Notes under the pieces: model-generated | The model's input: the letters and a program-made list of their open reading frames with translations, nothing else | The model's database searches: none | What the model was told of the DNA's origin: nothing | NCBI GenBank assembly: GCA_041391505.1 | Contig: JAWKNW010000002.1 | Location: forward strand, 166,897 to 230,896 | Origin: Rhodothermales bacterium | Lineage (GTDB): Bacteria > Bacteroidota > Rhodothermia > Rhodothermales > JAHQVL01 | DNA: 64,000 nucleotides | Direction of reading: 5' to 3' | Position numbers and translations under genes: made by a program | Shown here: positions 31,000-40,340 of the stretch, piece by piece | How the letters are laid out: each line of letters opens with the position of its first letter | Position numbering within the stretch: the first letter of the stretch is position 1

Positions 31000-33120
31000 T
31001 CACAGGCCGGGCAGCATCGAGGCGCGGTAGCGATCGAAGTGGTTCGCTACACGCGATCTGGCCGAAAGGTCCCACAGGTTCGTGTCCAGCTCCCCGAGGG
31101 CGAGCACCGAGGTGATCCAGCTCTGCGTCCACCCCGTCTCGACGGCCCAGGCGCCCCAGCCGAGGTCCGCATTCGACGCCCAGTACTCCCAGCGGCGGTG
31201 GTCGAAGGCGCGGAACCAGGCGCCGTCCAGCTCCGGATGCTCGGGGGCCCGCACCTGGATGCGCATCAGAAACGCCGCGAGGCGGTCGCGGGCCTCGGCG
31301 AGCCGGCGGTCGCCCGTGGCGGCGGCGGCCTCGTGCAGCCCGAGGAAGGCGAAGTTCGACGTATACAGCATGTCGGCCACCGGATCCCCGTTCTCCTGGA
31401 TGAGGGGCGCCTCGGTGGTGCCGTAGTCGGCGTTCGACGCCGGCGGGCCGTAGCGCCCGTGCCCGGCCGATCCGAGTTCTTCCTGGATGGCGCCGGTCGG
31501 ACCCTGATGCGCCAGCAGATCGGCCGCGATCCGGTCGAGCCAGGCGCGGTGTTCGACCGTGTCGTCCACGCGGATGAGCCAGGCGAGCGGGAGGAGCATC
31601 CGGGCGCGCTCCTGCTGCAGCCCGTTGGTCCAGGTCCACTCGTCCGGATAGGCGGCCATCGTCAATTCGATGCCGCGCCGGGCGCGGTCGCGCAGGGGGG
31701 CGTAGCCGGTTTTGTCGTACAGCCAGAGGTACGCGCTCCACATCCACGACTCGTAGTGCGGGGCGTAATTGCGGCGGGACTGGTTGAAGTAATACCGCCA
31801 GCCGTTGCGGCGGATATCCGGCCCTTCGAGCCGGCCGCCCCGGAAGCCGTCGGGCCCGGTCGTGCGGTAGTTCGCGAGGATGGCCCGGAGCATCGCCTCG
31901 TCCCAGGCGGTGGTATCGAGGACCGCCGCCGTGGCGAGGGTGCCTAGGATGACGCGGGCGTTGTCGTCGCCGTAATGGACTTCGCGGTAGAGGGTATTCC
32001 ATCCGACGAGGCCATAATCCGGGCTCGCGGGATCGGCGCGCGTAGCCTGCTGCAGGGGGGAGCCGCGGTAGACGAATTCCTGGATATTGGCGGCGATCGG
32101 GGCGTAGTCCGGCGCGGCGCCCAGCCGGCTCGCGAGGGCCAGCGCCATCGCCGTCTCGCTGGCGCAGTCGGCGCGCAGCCACCACCGGGCGGCCTGCGAG
32201 CCGTCCCACCCGATGCGCGAGCTGAACCCTTCGAGGACACCCAGCGAGCCGTCGCCGCTGGCGAGGTCGAGCCCAGGCGCCGGCCCGGTGCGGTCGTCGA
32301 ACGCCTCGGCGGCATCGTAGCGGTCGGCCCACGAGGCATCCATGAGCATGCGGGCGTTGCGGTACCAGTCGGCCCCGCGGCGCACCGCCGAGCGGGCCGC
32401 ATCGGGAGGCAGCGTGGCATCGGATGCGTAAGTGGGATGGACGGCCGGCTCCCACTCGGGCAGCGTCACCCCGGCTTCCGGCGCCGCCCAGGCGAGGATG
32501 CGATTCCAGATCGTGGTCCACGCCTCGGCCGGGGCGTACCGCGCCGTGACGAACTGGCTGAGCTTGGTCGTGGCGATGAGCAGGCCGGCGTCGTCGGCCT
32601 CGAAGAGCACGGGCCAGGTCTCGGTATCCGCCAGGCCGAACACGGCGGACTCGAAGCCGGCGACCTTCGCCATCACCAGCCACGCGCTGTCCGCCCGGGC
32701 CGCCACGAACCGCCCGTCGTGGATCATCACGATGCGGTCGCGGGCGAGGCGCGGGCCGAACGCGTCCGTCGTCACGACGCCGCGCTCCCAGGCCGCGGTG
32801 CGGAGGGCGCCGGCGTCCTGGCCGGGGATCGACGCCGGGAATTCGACATAGACACGGAGCTGCTTGCGCGCCGCGGCCTCAAGCAGCGCCGGCGAGACCG
32901 TCGTCGGCCGGTCGGGGTACCCGTCCGCCAGCACGAGGACGCCGCCGCCCTCCGGCGCGGCGTCGATCGCCTGCGCCGGCGTGTCGACGCGGTGCACGGC
33001 GGGGCCGAGGATCCGGACGAGGTCGTTGTCGGCCGCGCCGCTGACGACGAGGGCCGGGGGCCGGCTGCAGCCGGCCATCGTAACGCACGCAACCAGCGCG
33101 AGGAGAAAACAAATGCGCAT
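31000..33120 (-). CDS. hypothetical 706-aa lipoprotein (possible carbohydrate-active enzyme)
   Basis: MRICFLLALVACVTMAGCS lipobox from the ATG at 33120. The body is Trp/Tyr-rich with no family I can name. Context is between GH44 and the Ig-repeat protein. Confidence 0.55.
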   Translation of the reverse strand: MRICFLLALVACVTMAGCSRPPALVVSGAADNDLVRILGPAVHRVDTPAQAIDAAPEGGGVLVLADGYPDRPTTVSPALLEAAARKQLRVYVEFPASIPGQDAGALRTAAWERGVVTTDAFGPRLARDRIVMIHDGRFVAARADSAWLVMAKVAGFESAVFGLADTETWPVLFEADDAGLLIATTKLSQFVTARYAPAEAWTTIWNRILAWAAPEAGVTLPEWEPAVHPTYASDATLPPDAARSAVRRGADWYRNARMLMDASWADRYDAAEAFDDRTGPAPGLDLASGDGSLGVLEGFSSRIGWDGSQAARWWLRADCASETAMALALASRLGAAPDYAPIAANIQEFVYRGSPLQQATRADPASPDYGLVGWNTLYREVHYGDDNARVILGTLATAAVLDTTAWDEAMLRAILANYRTTGPDGFRGGRLEGPDIRRNGWRYYFNQSRRNYAPHYESWMWSAYLWLYDKTGYAPLRDRARRGIELTMAAYPDEWTWTNGLQQERARMLLPLAWLIRVDDTVEHRAWLDRIAADLLAHQGPTGAIQEELGSAGHGRYGPPASNADYGTTEAPLIQENGDPVADMLYTSNFAFLGLHEAAAATGDRRLAEARDRLAAFLMRIQVRAPEHPELDGAWFRAFDHRRWEYWASNADLGWGAWAVETGWTQSWITSVLALGELDTNLWDLSARSRVANHFDRYRASMLPGL

Positions 33121-33645
33121 AACACCAGACGGGCGATCCATGAAAACGGCCACCGGAGCCTTCGCCCCGATGGCCGCTCTATCATAATCAACTCGCCGAC
33201 GAATCGCCACTCGGTGTTCCGCACGCGCTGTCCCGAGCAGGCGCCTGCGAAACGCATCGGAGAGTCGTGTCTGCATAGGCTCCGAAACCCGGCGGGCCGG
33301 CTCAAGCCGCCGCCGCTCGCCGCTTGGCATTTTTATTGCTTTTACTATAAGAAGCAAAACAAAATCACCCGGAGGAGAAGCCGGCCCGTCTGCCCCCCAT
33401 CGGCCTCAATTGCCCTCCTGACGTCGCTTCTGCATGCCATACCTCGAGCGATGCGGTTCCTGGAGCCGTGCCGTGCGCTCAAAAAAGTCCCAGAATACGA
33501 CGCGTCCAGTCTTCTTTTGAGATCGAAGCCGGCGCGTCACCACGTCATGCAGCGCGACCTCCCTGTTTCGCGTCATCCCCGAAAACAAGATGCCCTTCGG
33601 CCGAACGCGCGTTGCGCCGTGCCGAAGCCTAACCGATTCCATCGG

Positions 33646-36600
33646 ATGATATTGAAAGGAGCCCTCGCGGCTTTCACGATATTCACCCTCACTTTTTCGA
33701 CGGCCCAGGCGCAGTTTGGGGCGCAGATCACGTCGGAGCCCGTAACCTCGGCCGTCGTAGGTGAACTCTACCAGTACGACGTCGAAGCGACCGGCTTCCC
33801 GACGTTTTCCCTCAACGATGCCCCGGACGGCATGACGATCGACGCCCAGTCGGGCCTGATCGCCTGGGTGCCGGAAAAGGCCGGGGAATTCAACGTCGGC
33901 ATCACGGCGGACGCCCTGCTCGGCTCGGACACGCAGACCTTCGTGCTGACGGTCAGTGCGGCCCCGGAGGTGCCCGTGTTCATCTCCATGCCGCCGACCC
34001 AGGCCCGGGTGAACGAGGTGTATCAGTACGACGCGAACGCCTCGGGCAACCCCGAGCCGGATTATACGCTGACCGTCGCGCCGACCGGCATGAGCATCGA
34101 ACCCAAGACCGGCCTCGTGTCGTGGACGCCGGGCGCCGCCGGCGACGTGAATGTAACCATCCAGGCTAGCAACTCGGCCGGCTCGGTCACGCAGGCGTTT
34201 GTCATCTCGGTCGCGGAGGCGCTCTCCATCCCCCAGATCACCTCGACGGCGGTCACGTCGGTCACGCTGGGGCAGGACTACAGCTACGACGTCAACGCGA
34301 CGGGCAACCCCGCGCCGACGTTCAGCCTCTCGGAATCGCCGACCGGCATGACGATCGACGCCACCTCGGGCCTGATCACGTGGGCGCCCGACCAGGTCGG
34401 CCCGTACCCGGTCACCGTGGTCGCGACGAACTCCCAGGGCGCTGACAGCCAGACCTATACCCTGAACGTGGTCGAACCGCTCACGCGGCCGTCGATCACG
34501 TCCACCCCGGGGCTCACGGCCACGACGGGGCAGGCCTACAGCTACGATGTCAACGCGACCGGCAATCCCGCGCCGACCTATGCGCTGACCACGTCGCCTG
34601 CGGGCATGACGATCAATGCCTCCACCGGGGTCATCGCGTGGACGCCGTCGGCCACGGGCACCTTCAACGTGGCGCTGCGCGCTACGAATTCGCAGGGTGA
34701 AGACACCCAGTCCTTCTCGATCATCGTCAGCGCGCCGCTGGTGGCGCCGTCGATCACGTCCAACCCCGTCCGGAAGGCGACGGCCGGCCAGGCGTACAGC
34801 TACAACGTGAACGCCAACGGCAACCCGGACCCCGTGTATGCCCTCACGTCCGCGCCGGCGGGCATGACGATCAACAGCACGAACGGGGTGATCAACTGGA
34901 CGCCGTCCGAAGCCGGCCAGTTCTCGATCACGGTCGAGGCCTCCAACGAGGTCGGCAGCGACACACAGACCTTCGGCATCGACGTCAGCGAGCCGCTGGC
35001 CGCGCCGACGATTACGTCGACGCCATCCACGCAGACGTTTATCGGGCAGGAGTACAGCTATAACATCGAAGCGACGGGCAACCCCGCGCCGACCTACACG
35101 CTGACGTCGAAGCCGGACGACATGACGATCGACGCCGCGACCGGCGTCATCGCCTGGATGCCGCAGGTCACGGGCGCCTTCAACGTCTCCGTCCGCGCCA
35201 CCAACTCACAGGGCAGCGCCACCCAGCTCTTCACGATCAACGTCAGCCAGAGCCTGGCGGCGCCGTCTTTCTCGTCCACACCCGTCGAGACGGGCATCGT
35301 GAACCAGGCCTACCGCTACGACGCCGACGCCGTGGGCAACCCGGCGCCGACCTACACGCTGAAGACGGCCCCCGAGGGCATGACGATCGCCCCGACGACG
35401 GGCGTCGTCACGTGGACGCCGGCGGCGGCCGGCACGTATCCGGTGGTCATCGAAGCCGGCAACTCGCAGGGGACGGACGAGCAGACCTTCGATGTCGTGG
35501 TGGGCGAGCGGCTCACCGCGCCGGCGATCACCTCCGCGCCGCCAACGCAGACGATCGTCGACCTGCCCTACAGCTACGACGTCGCCGCCTCCGGCAACCC
35601 GGCCCCGACGTTCGCGCTCCTCGCCTCTCCGGCCGGCATGACGATCGACGCCGCCTCCGGCGTCATCTCCTGGACGCCCCGCGCCACGGGCAACTTCAAC
35701 GTATCCGTCCAGGCCGTCAACTCGCAGGGCAGCTCGAGCCAGCTCTTCACCCTCCGGGTCGAAAACGCGAGTTCGGTCGCGGTACTCCGTTCGCAGGAAA
35801 TCGAGATCATCTCGCCGACCTCGTATACATTCGCCGCCGTCATCAGCGCCAACGGCAGCCCTACCACGGTGACGTTCGAGTACGGGAAGGACAACGTCAA
35901 CGAGGCGTCCATCCTCGCGACGCCGACGCCCGTCGTCGGCATCGAAATCCCGATCGCCACGCGGGTCGACAACCTGGAGGAGGGCGCCACGTACCTGTTC
36001 CGGGTGGTGGCCGAGAACAACGCCGGCAAGACCACCGGCCCGGTGCAGTCGTTCACGACCTACCGGTCCAGCTACCAGATCTCGGCGGACCGCGCCTTCG
36101 GCAGCAAGCTGGACAGCCTCAGCTACCGCCTCTACAGCCTGCCCGGCGATGTCGACCTCAACGCCGGCCCCACGCTCGACGGGGTGCAGGGCACCGACTG
36201 GAATATCTACCGGGACAACGGACAGGCGGCTAATTATCTGGAAGCCTTCAACGGATCCAGCCAGTTCCGCTTCCGCCCGGGCCGCGCCTTCTGGATGCTG
36301 GCGAAGACGAACTGGACCGTCCCCGAGCAGACCGTTAACACGGTCGACCTCGACCGCGACGGCACCTACGACGTCCGCCTCCAGGCCGGCTGGAACCTGA
36401 TCGGCTCGCCGTTCCTCCTGCCACTGCCCTGGTCGACTGTCAAGCTCATGAATCCCGCCCTGCCGGCCACGGCCAAGCTGTGGGCGTTCGACGGCGCGTT
36501 CCGCGAAGCGACCACCATGGAGCCGTACAAGGGCTACTATGTATTCAACGACCAGGCGACGGCGCTGACGCTGGCGCTGCCCTACCCCGGCCTCTATCTC

Positions 36601-37395
36601 GATGCCGGCAAAACCGACGCAGGCAAGACGGGCGCCGGCAAAACAGGTGAGGCTTCGAAGCAGGTCGCCGCGGTGTCGGGCCCCCGCGCGCTCCGCCTCG
36701 TCGCCGCGACCGACAGCCTGGCCTCCGCCGCCGAGATCTACCTCAGCGACGACGCGCTGCGCGGGCTGGACCGGCTCGACCAGTATGCGCCGCACCAGGC
36801 GTTCGCCGGCCTCAGCCTGGTCGTGGAGCCGGCGTTCGCTACGCCCTACGGCGACTTCGCCCTCGAAGCCCGGCCCGAGATCGTCGACGGCGCGGTGTTC
36901 GACCTCGTCCTCAACGCGCCCGCCAGCCAGCGCGTCACGATCTCCACCGAAGGCCTCGCCGCCTTCGAGGACCAGCGCGTGGTGCTGATGGACCGCGCGA
37001 CCGGCGAGATGACCGACCTGCACGGCCGCCCGACGCTGTCGCTGCCCGCCGGCGCCGCGCAGCGCCGCTACCGCCTCCTCGTCGGCACCGACGCCTTCAT
37101 CGACGACCAGCAGGCCGAGCTGGCGCCCGAGACCTTCCAGCTGGCGCCGGCCTACCCGAATCCCTTCGCGCGGTCGACGACGATCGAATACAGCCTGGTC
37201 GAGGCCGGCGACGTCGAACTCGCCGTGTACGACGTGCTCGGGCGGGAAGTCGACGTGCTGGTGCGCGGCGCGCAGCCGGCCGGCTTCCACCAGGTCGTCT
37301 GGGACGGATCGAACGCCCCGAGCGGCATGTACGTGTTGCGCCTGAGCACGCCCTCCGGGCCGGCGCAGGTGCGCACGATGGTGAAGGTGGATTGA
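33646..37395 (+). CDS. 1249-aa cell-surface protein with about 11 tandem Ig-like (cadherin/He_PIG-type) domains, an FN3-like domain, and a T9SS C-terminal sorting domain
   Basis: MILKGALAAFTIFTLTFSTAQA signal peptide. An approximately 95-aa unit (ITS.P...A..GQ.YSYDVNATGNPAPTY.L...P.GMTID..TGVI.WTP...G.F.V.V.A.N..G...Q.F...V) repeats about 11 times. The C-terminus is YPNPFARSTTIEYSL...GMYVLRL. The upstream 557 codons of the listed ORF are a shadow of the 31000..33120(-) gene. Confidence 0.85.
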   Translation: MILKGALAAFTIFTLTFSTAQAQFGAQITSEPVTSAVVGELYQYDVEATGFPTFSLNDAPDGMTIDAQSGLIAWVPEKAGEFNVGITADALLGSDTQTFVLTVSAAPEVPVFISMPPTQARVNEVYQYDANASGNPEPDYTLTVAPTGMSIEPKTGLVSWTPGAAGDVNVTIQASNSAGSVTQAFVISVAEALSIPQITSTAVTSVTLGQDYSYDVNATGNPAPTFSLSESPTGMTIDATSGLITWAPDQVGPYPVTVVATNSQGADSQTYTLNVVEPLTRPSITSTPGLTATTGQAYSYDVNATGNPAPTYALTTSPAGMTINASTGVIAWTPSATGTFNVALRATNSQGEDTQSFSIIVSAPLVAPSITSNPVRKATAGQAYSYNVNANGNPDPVYALTSAPAGMTINSTNGVINWTPSEAGQFSITVEASNEVGSDTQTFGIDVSEPLAAPTITSTPSTQTFIGQEYSYNIEATGNPAPTYTLTSKPDDMTIDAATGVIAWMPQVTGAFNVSVRATNSQGSATQLFTINVSQSLAAPSFSSTPVETGIVNQAYRYDADAVGNPAPTYTLKTAPEGMTIAPTTGVVTWTPAAAGTYPVVIEAGNSQGTDEQTFDVVVGERLTAPAITSAPPTQTIVDLPYSYDVAASGNPAPTFALLASPAGMTIDAASGVISWTPRATGNFNVSVQAVNSQGSSSQLFTLRVENASSVAVLRSQEIEIISPTSYTFAAVISANGSPTTVTFEYGKDNVNEASILATPTPVVGIEIPIATRVDNLEEGATYLFRVVAENNAGKTTGPVQSFTTYRSSYQISADRAFGSKLDSLSYRLYSLPGDVDLNAGPTLDGVQGTDWNIYRDNGQAANYLEAFNGSSQFRFRPGRAFWMLAKTNWTVPEQTVNTVDLDRDGTYDVRLQAGWNLIGSPFLLPLPWSTVKLMNPALPATAKLWAFDGAFREATTMEPYKGYYVFNDQATALTLALPYPGLYLDAGKTDAGKTGAGKTGEASKQVAAVSGPRALRLVAATDSLASAAEIYLSDDALRGLDRLDQYAPHQAFAGLSLVVEPAFATPYGDFALEARPEIVDGAVFDLVLNAPASQRVTISTEGLAAFEDQRVVLMDRATGEMTDLHGRPTLSLPAGAAQRRYRLLVGTDAFIDDQQAELAPETFQLAPAYPNPFARSTTIEYSLVEAGDVELAVYDVLGREVDVLVRGAQPAGFHQVVWDGSNAPSGMYVLRLSTPSGPAQVRTMVKVD

Positions 37396-37506
37396 GCTTT
37401 ATCCCCCATTTTACATCCGCCGCTTGACGCGCCGGCTGCGTTCGCGTACTGTAGAGAACCGACTTTCTTCGTCGATTTCGCCCCGCCCACAGCCCGGACC
37501 TTCGGT

Positions 37507-38727
37507 ATGATGCATCGCGCCGCCATCGCCCTGCTGCTCACGACTACCCTCACCGCCGGCGCCGCGCTGGCGCAACCCGGCCGCGCCCCGGCCCTCCCCG
37601 ACGGATCCGCGAAGGCGCTGGTCGAAGGCACCTGTACCGTCTGCCACACGACGGCCAACATCAGCCAGTCCGCCGGCTACGATACGCCCACCCGCTGGCG
37701 CGAGGTGTTCTCGTCGATGGTGACCCTGCCCGACGCCCAGGCGACGGCGATCGCGGAATACCTGGCCGAGCATTTCCCCGAAAAGCCCGGCCGCCGGCCG
37801 ACGCTGGTGGACGGCCCCATCGAGATCGAGATCAAGGAATACCTCACCCCCACGCTCGGGCAGCGCACCCGCGACCCCATCGAGGCGCCGGACGGCGCGA
37901 TCTGGTGGACGGGGATGTGGGCCAGCCTCGTCGGACGCATGGATCCGGTCACGGGCGAGATGAAGGAATACAAGCTCCCGCCGGAGGCCCGGCCGCACAG
38001 CATCGTGCCGGACCCGAACGGCATCATCTGGTACACCGGCAACAACAACGGCACCATCGGCCGGTTGGACCCCGCGACGGGCGCCATCACCGAATACAAG
38101 ACGAAAGCCCGCGATCCGCACACGCCTACGTTCCACCCGAACGGCAAACTCTACTTCACGTCGCAGGGCGCCGGCATGCTCGGCCGGCTCGATCCCCGCA
38201 CCGGAGAACTCATCGAGGTCGACACCGAACCCCGCCCCTACGGCATCCAGGTGGCGCAGGACGGTACGCTGTGGGTGGCCTACAACGGCACCAACAAGCT
38301 CGGCGCGCTCGATCCCGAGACGATGGAAGTCCGCTACTACACCGTCCCGAACGAGCGCTCGCGCATCCGCCGGCTGGGGCTGACGAGCGACGGGATGGTC
38401 TGGTACGGAAACTCGACGATGGGCAAGATCGGCCGGCTCAACCCGGCGACGGGCGAGATCAAGGAATGGGATTCCCCGAGCGGCCCCACGTCGCACCCGT
38501 ACGCGATGGCCGTGATCGACGACAAGATCTGGTACAACGAGTCCGGCATGCGCCCCGACGCGCTCGTGCGCTTCGACCCCGAGACCGAGTCGTTTCAGAG
38601 CTGGGCAATCCCGTCCGGCGTGGGGATCATCCGGAATATGTGGGTGACGCGGGATGGCCGGCTCCTCATCCACCAGAGCAGCTCCAACCGACTGGGGATC
38701 GTGACGATCCAGGATCTGGTGAATTGA
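37507..38727 (+). CDS. secreted cytochrome c (CxxCH) fused to a Vgb (streptogramin lyase)-like beta-propeller
   Basis: Signal peptide, then the CTVCH heme-c site. Repeated ...G.IW(Y/W)TG..NG.IGRLDP.TG...EY blades follow, typical of Vgb-like propellers. Confidence 0.6.
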   Translation: MMHRAAIALLLTTTLTAGAALAQPGRAPALPDGSAKALVEGTCTVCHTTANISQSAGYDTPTRWREVFSSMVTLPDAQATAIAEYLAEHFPEKPGRRPTLVDGPIEIEIKEYLTPTLGQRTRDPIEAPDGAIWWTGMWASLVGRMDPVTGEMKEYKLPPEARPHSIVPDPNGIIWYTGNNNGTIGRLDPATGAITEYKTKARDPHTPTFHPNGKLYFTSQGAGMLGRLDPRTGELIEVDTEPRPYGIQVAQDGTLWVAYNGTNKLGALDPETMEVRYYTVPNERSRIRRLGLTSDGMVWYGNSTMGKIGRLNPATGEIKEWDSPSGPTSHPYAMAVIDDKIWYNESGMRPDALVRFDPETESFQSWAIPSGVGIIRNMWVTRDGRLLIHQSSSNRLGIVTIQDLVN

Positions 38728-38756
38728 CGGCAATAGTCCACAAGCAAGGCTACTAA

Positions 38757-39887
38757 ATGGCTAATCCAAAGCACCTGGAAATTTTCCAACGAGGAGCTCT
38801 AGAGTGGAATAGCTGGAGAAAAGGTACTGCAGAGTTCCCCGATCTATCCCACCACAGACTGGATGCTAAAGATTACAGTGGATGGGACTTTAACTACTCT
38901 GACCTTTCTTTTATTGACGCGTCAGGGGTTACTTTTGATAAATGCAGTTTTCTGGCGGCAAGACTGTCTGGCGCAAACCTTAGCCATTGCAGCATTATAC
39001 CCACCTCTCTTGTCAACACAAATCTCGAACATTGCGATCTATCGCATGCAATAATAGTTGGCGGCAATTTTCAAGATGCAAAGTTTGAAGACACGATATT
39101 AATAAAGACCAAATTCCAAGAAGGCGTTTGGGCAAGTCCAAATCAAGTAGCAGGCAAAGCTAGTACTGCTTTTATTGATTGCGATCTCAGTAGAGCTCAA
39201 TATCTTGAGACTTGTATTTTTGAAGGAAACGTAATTATTGACAACAGAACTCTTAATCGATCAGTCGATTTATCCACTACCTTCCTTTTAAACGCTGGAC
39301 TTTCAAAGGAAGAGGTCAGAAGTTACTCACACGATGCCTCAATAACGATCATATTCAAAGAGAGTAGCTGGAGAGACTTGGTGCCAATAGAGCACGCGCT
39401 CAGAATCATGGCAATCTATGAGAAGGATTTTGACATCGTCCGATCTGATGATAGGCTCATACTGAAACTGCAGAACCAGAATCAGCTAAATCAAGCACTC
39501 GAAACCATCGGCGCCCTTCTATCGGCACTTCAGGCCTCAAACAGAGATCAATTGTCTTCGATCCGCGTAACGCAAAGAGGATTACCGGATGCGGTCACAT
39601 CAAATGATGAACTCGCCTTTCTCCTCACCTTTTTAATTGACCTATACGAACAGGACAACCATCCGCAAGCTCTACTAGAAGTGGCGGGGAAAGGCATACT
39701 AGAGTCATCTGCGATTGGAAAGTTATTCCAAGGCTTTATTGATTGGACACACTCTCGCCTGAATCCTGACCCTGCCCGCGAAAAGGTCCAACAGATCTAT
39801 AAACGATGCAGAAAATTGTACCCTGAGTTGGACGAATTCAGAAGATTATCGGACTCAAGCACAGATCCAAAGAAACTCAACAGATAG
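38757..39887 (+). CDS. pentapeptide-repeat protein with unknown ~180-aa C-terminal domain (paralog of the 42501 TIR protein)
   Basis: N-terminus LEIFQRGALEWNSWRK followed by A(D/N)LS-type pentapeptide units (LSGANLSHCSI, NLEHCDLSHAII...). The gene is low-GC (about 45% against about 67% in the gene 30 nt upstream, hand counts of 60-nt samples). Confidence 0.8.
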   Translation: MANPKHLEIFQRGALEWNSWRKGTAEFPDLSHHRLDAKDYSGWDFNYSDLSFIDASGVTFDKCSFLAARLSGANLSHCSIIPTSLVNTNLEHCDLSHAIIVGGNFQDAKFEDTILIKTKFQEGVWASPNQVAGKASTAFIDCDLSRAQYLETCIFEGNVIIDNRTLNRSVDLSTTFLLNAGLSKEEVRSYSHDASITIIFKESSWRDLVPIEHALRIMAIYEKDFDIVRSDDRLILKLQNQNQLNQALETIGALLSALQASNRDQLSSIRVTQRGLPDAVTSNDELAFLLTFLIDLYEQDNHPQALLEVAGKGILESSAIGKLFQGFIDWTHSRLNPDPAREKVQQIYKRCRKLYPELDEFRRLSDSSTDPKKLNR

Positions 39888-39918
39888 ATTCGACCTGAGG
39901 GAGTAAACCCAAATAAAA

Positions 39919-39958
39919 ACAAGAGTGTGAGTCTCTGACTGACCTTGCACACTCTTGT
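39919..39958 (+). terminator. 11-bp-stem hairpin downstream of the pentapeptide gene (no clear U-tract)
   Basis: acaagagtgtg (39919-29), 18-nt loop, cacactcttgt (39948-58). Confidence 0.3.
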
Positions 39959-40097
39959 GATCATGTCAAGCTGAGACTCTTAGCCCTTCTTCGTCGGGCT
40001 TTCTTACCAGGCATGACAATGCTTTGGCGTAGAGTCAGCGAAAACTCGGGGACGGGAGGGCTTCAGGATGGCGCCGAGTGGTGTAGTTTCTAAAACG

Positions 40098-40247
40098 TCG
40101 TGTCATCCCGACCGCCCTCCCGTGCCCACGGGAGGAAGTGGAGGGACCTCCTTAAGTCTGGCAAGTTGCCAACCAGAAGGAGGTCTCTCCGCTACCGTCC
40201 CGGCTTGCGCCGGTACGTACGGTCGGGATGACAACGCATTTTTTTAT
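40098..40247 (+). other. about 150-nt highly structured element (multi-hairpin closed by a 12-bp stem, followed by T7); candidate ncRNA or MITE-like element
   Basis: Outer stem gtcatcccgacc (40102-13) pairs with ggtcgggatgac (40221-32), then cgcattttttta. Inner hairpins are cctcccgt/acgggagg, ggagggacctcc/ggaggtctctcc and ccgg-cttgcg-ccgg. Confidence 0.3.
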
Positions 40248-40340
40248 TCACACCACTCGGCGGCAAACCCCATATCGGTGTTTATGCTGATGCTCAATTT
40301 TTCGATCGAACGCTAGCTTATTTCTGCTGAGTATGATGCG

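Noticed and set aside
31975-33645. The N-terminal 557 codons of the listed 1806-aa ORF
   Set aside because: This part is antisense to the 31000-33120 lipoprotein gene and is Arg/Gly-rich. A proper signal peptide (MILKGALAAFTIFTLTFSTAQA) starts at 33646, so the real gene is 33646-37395.
40068-40316. 82-aa ORF
   Set aside because: It coincides with the multi-hairpin element. Its sequence is dictated by the palindromic structure and has no coding features.
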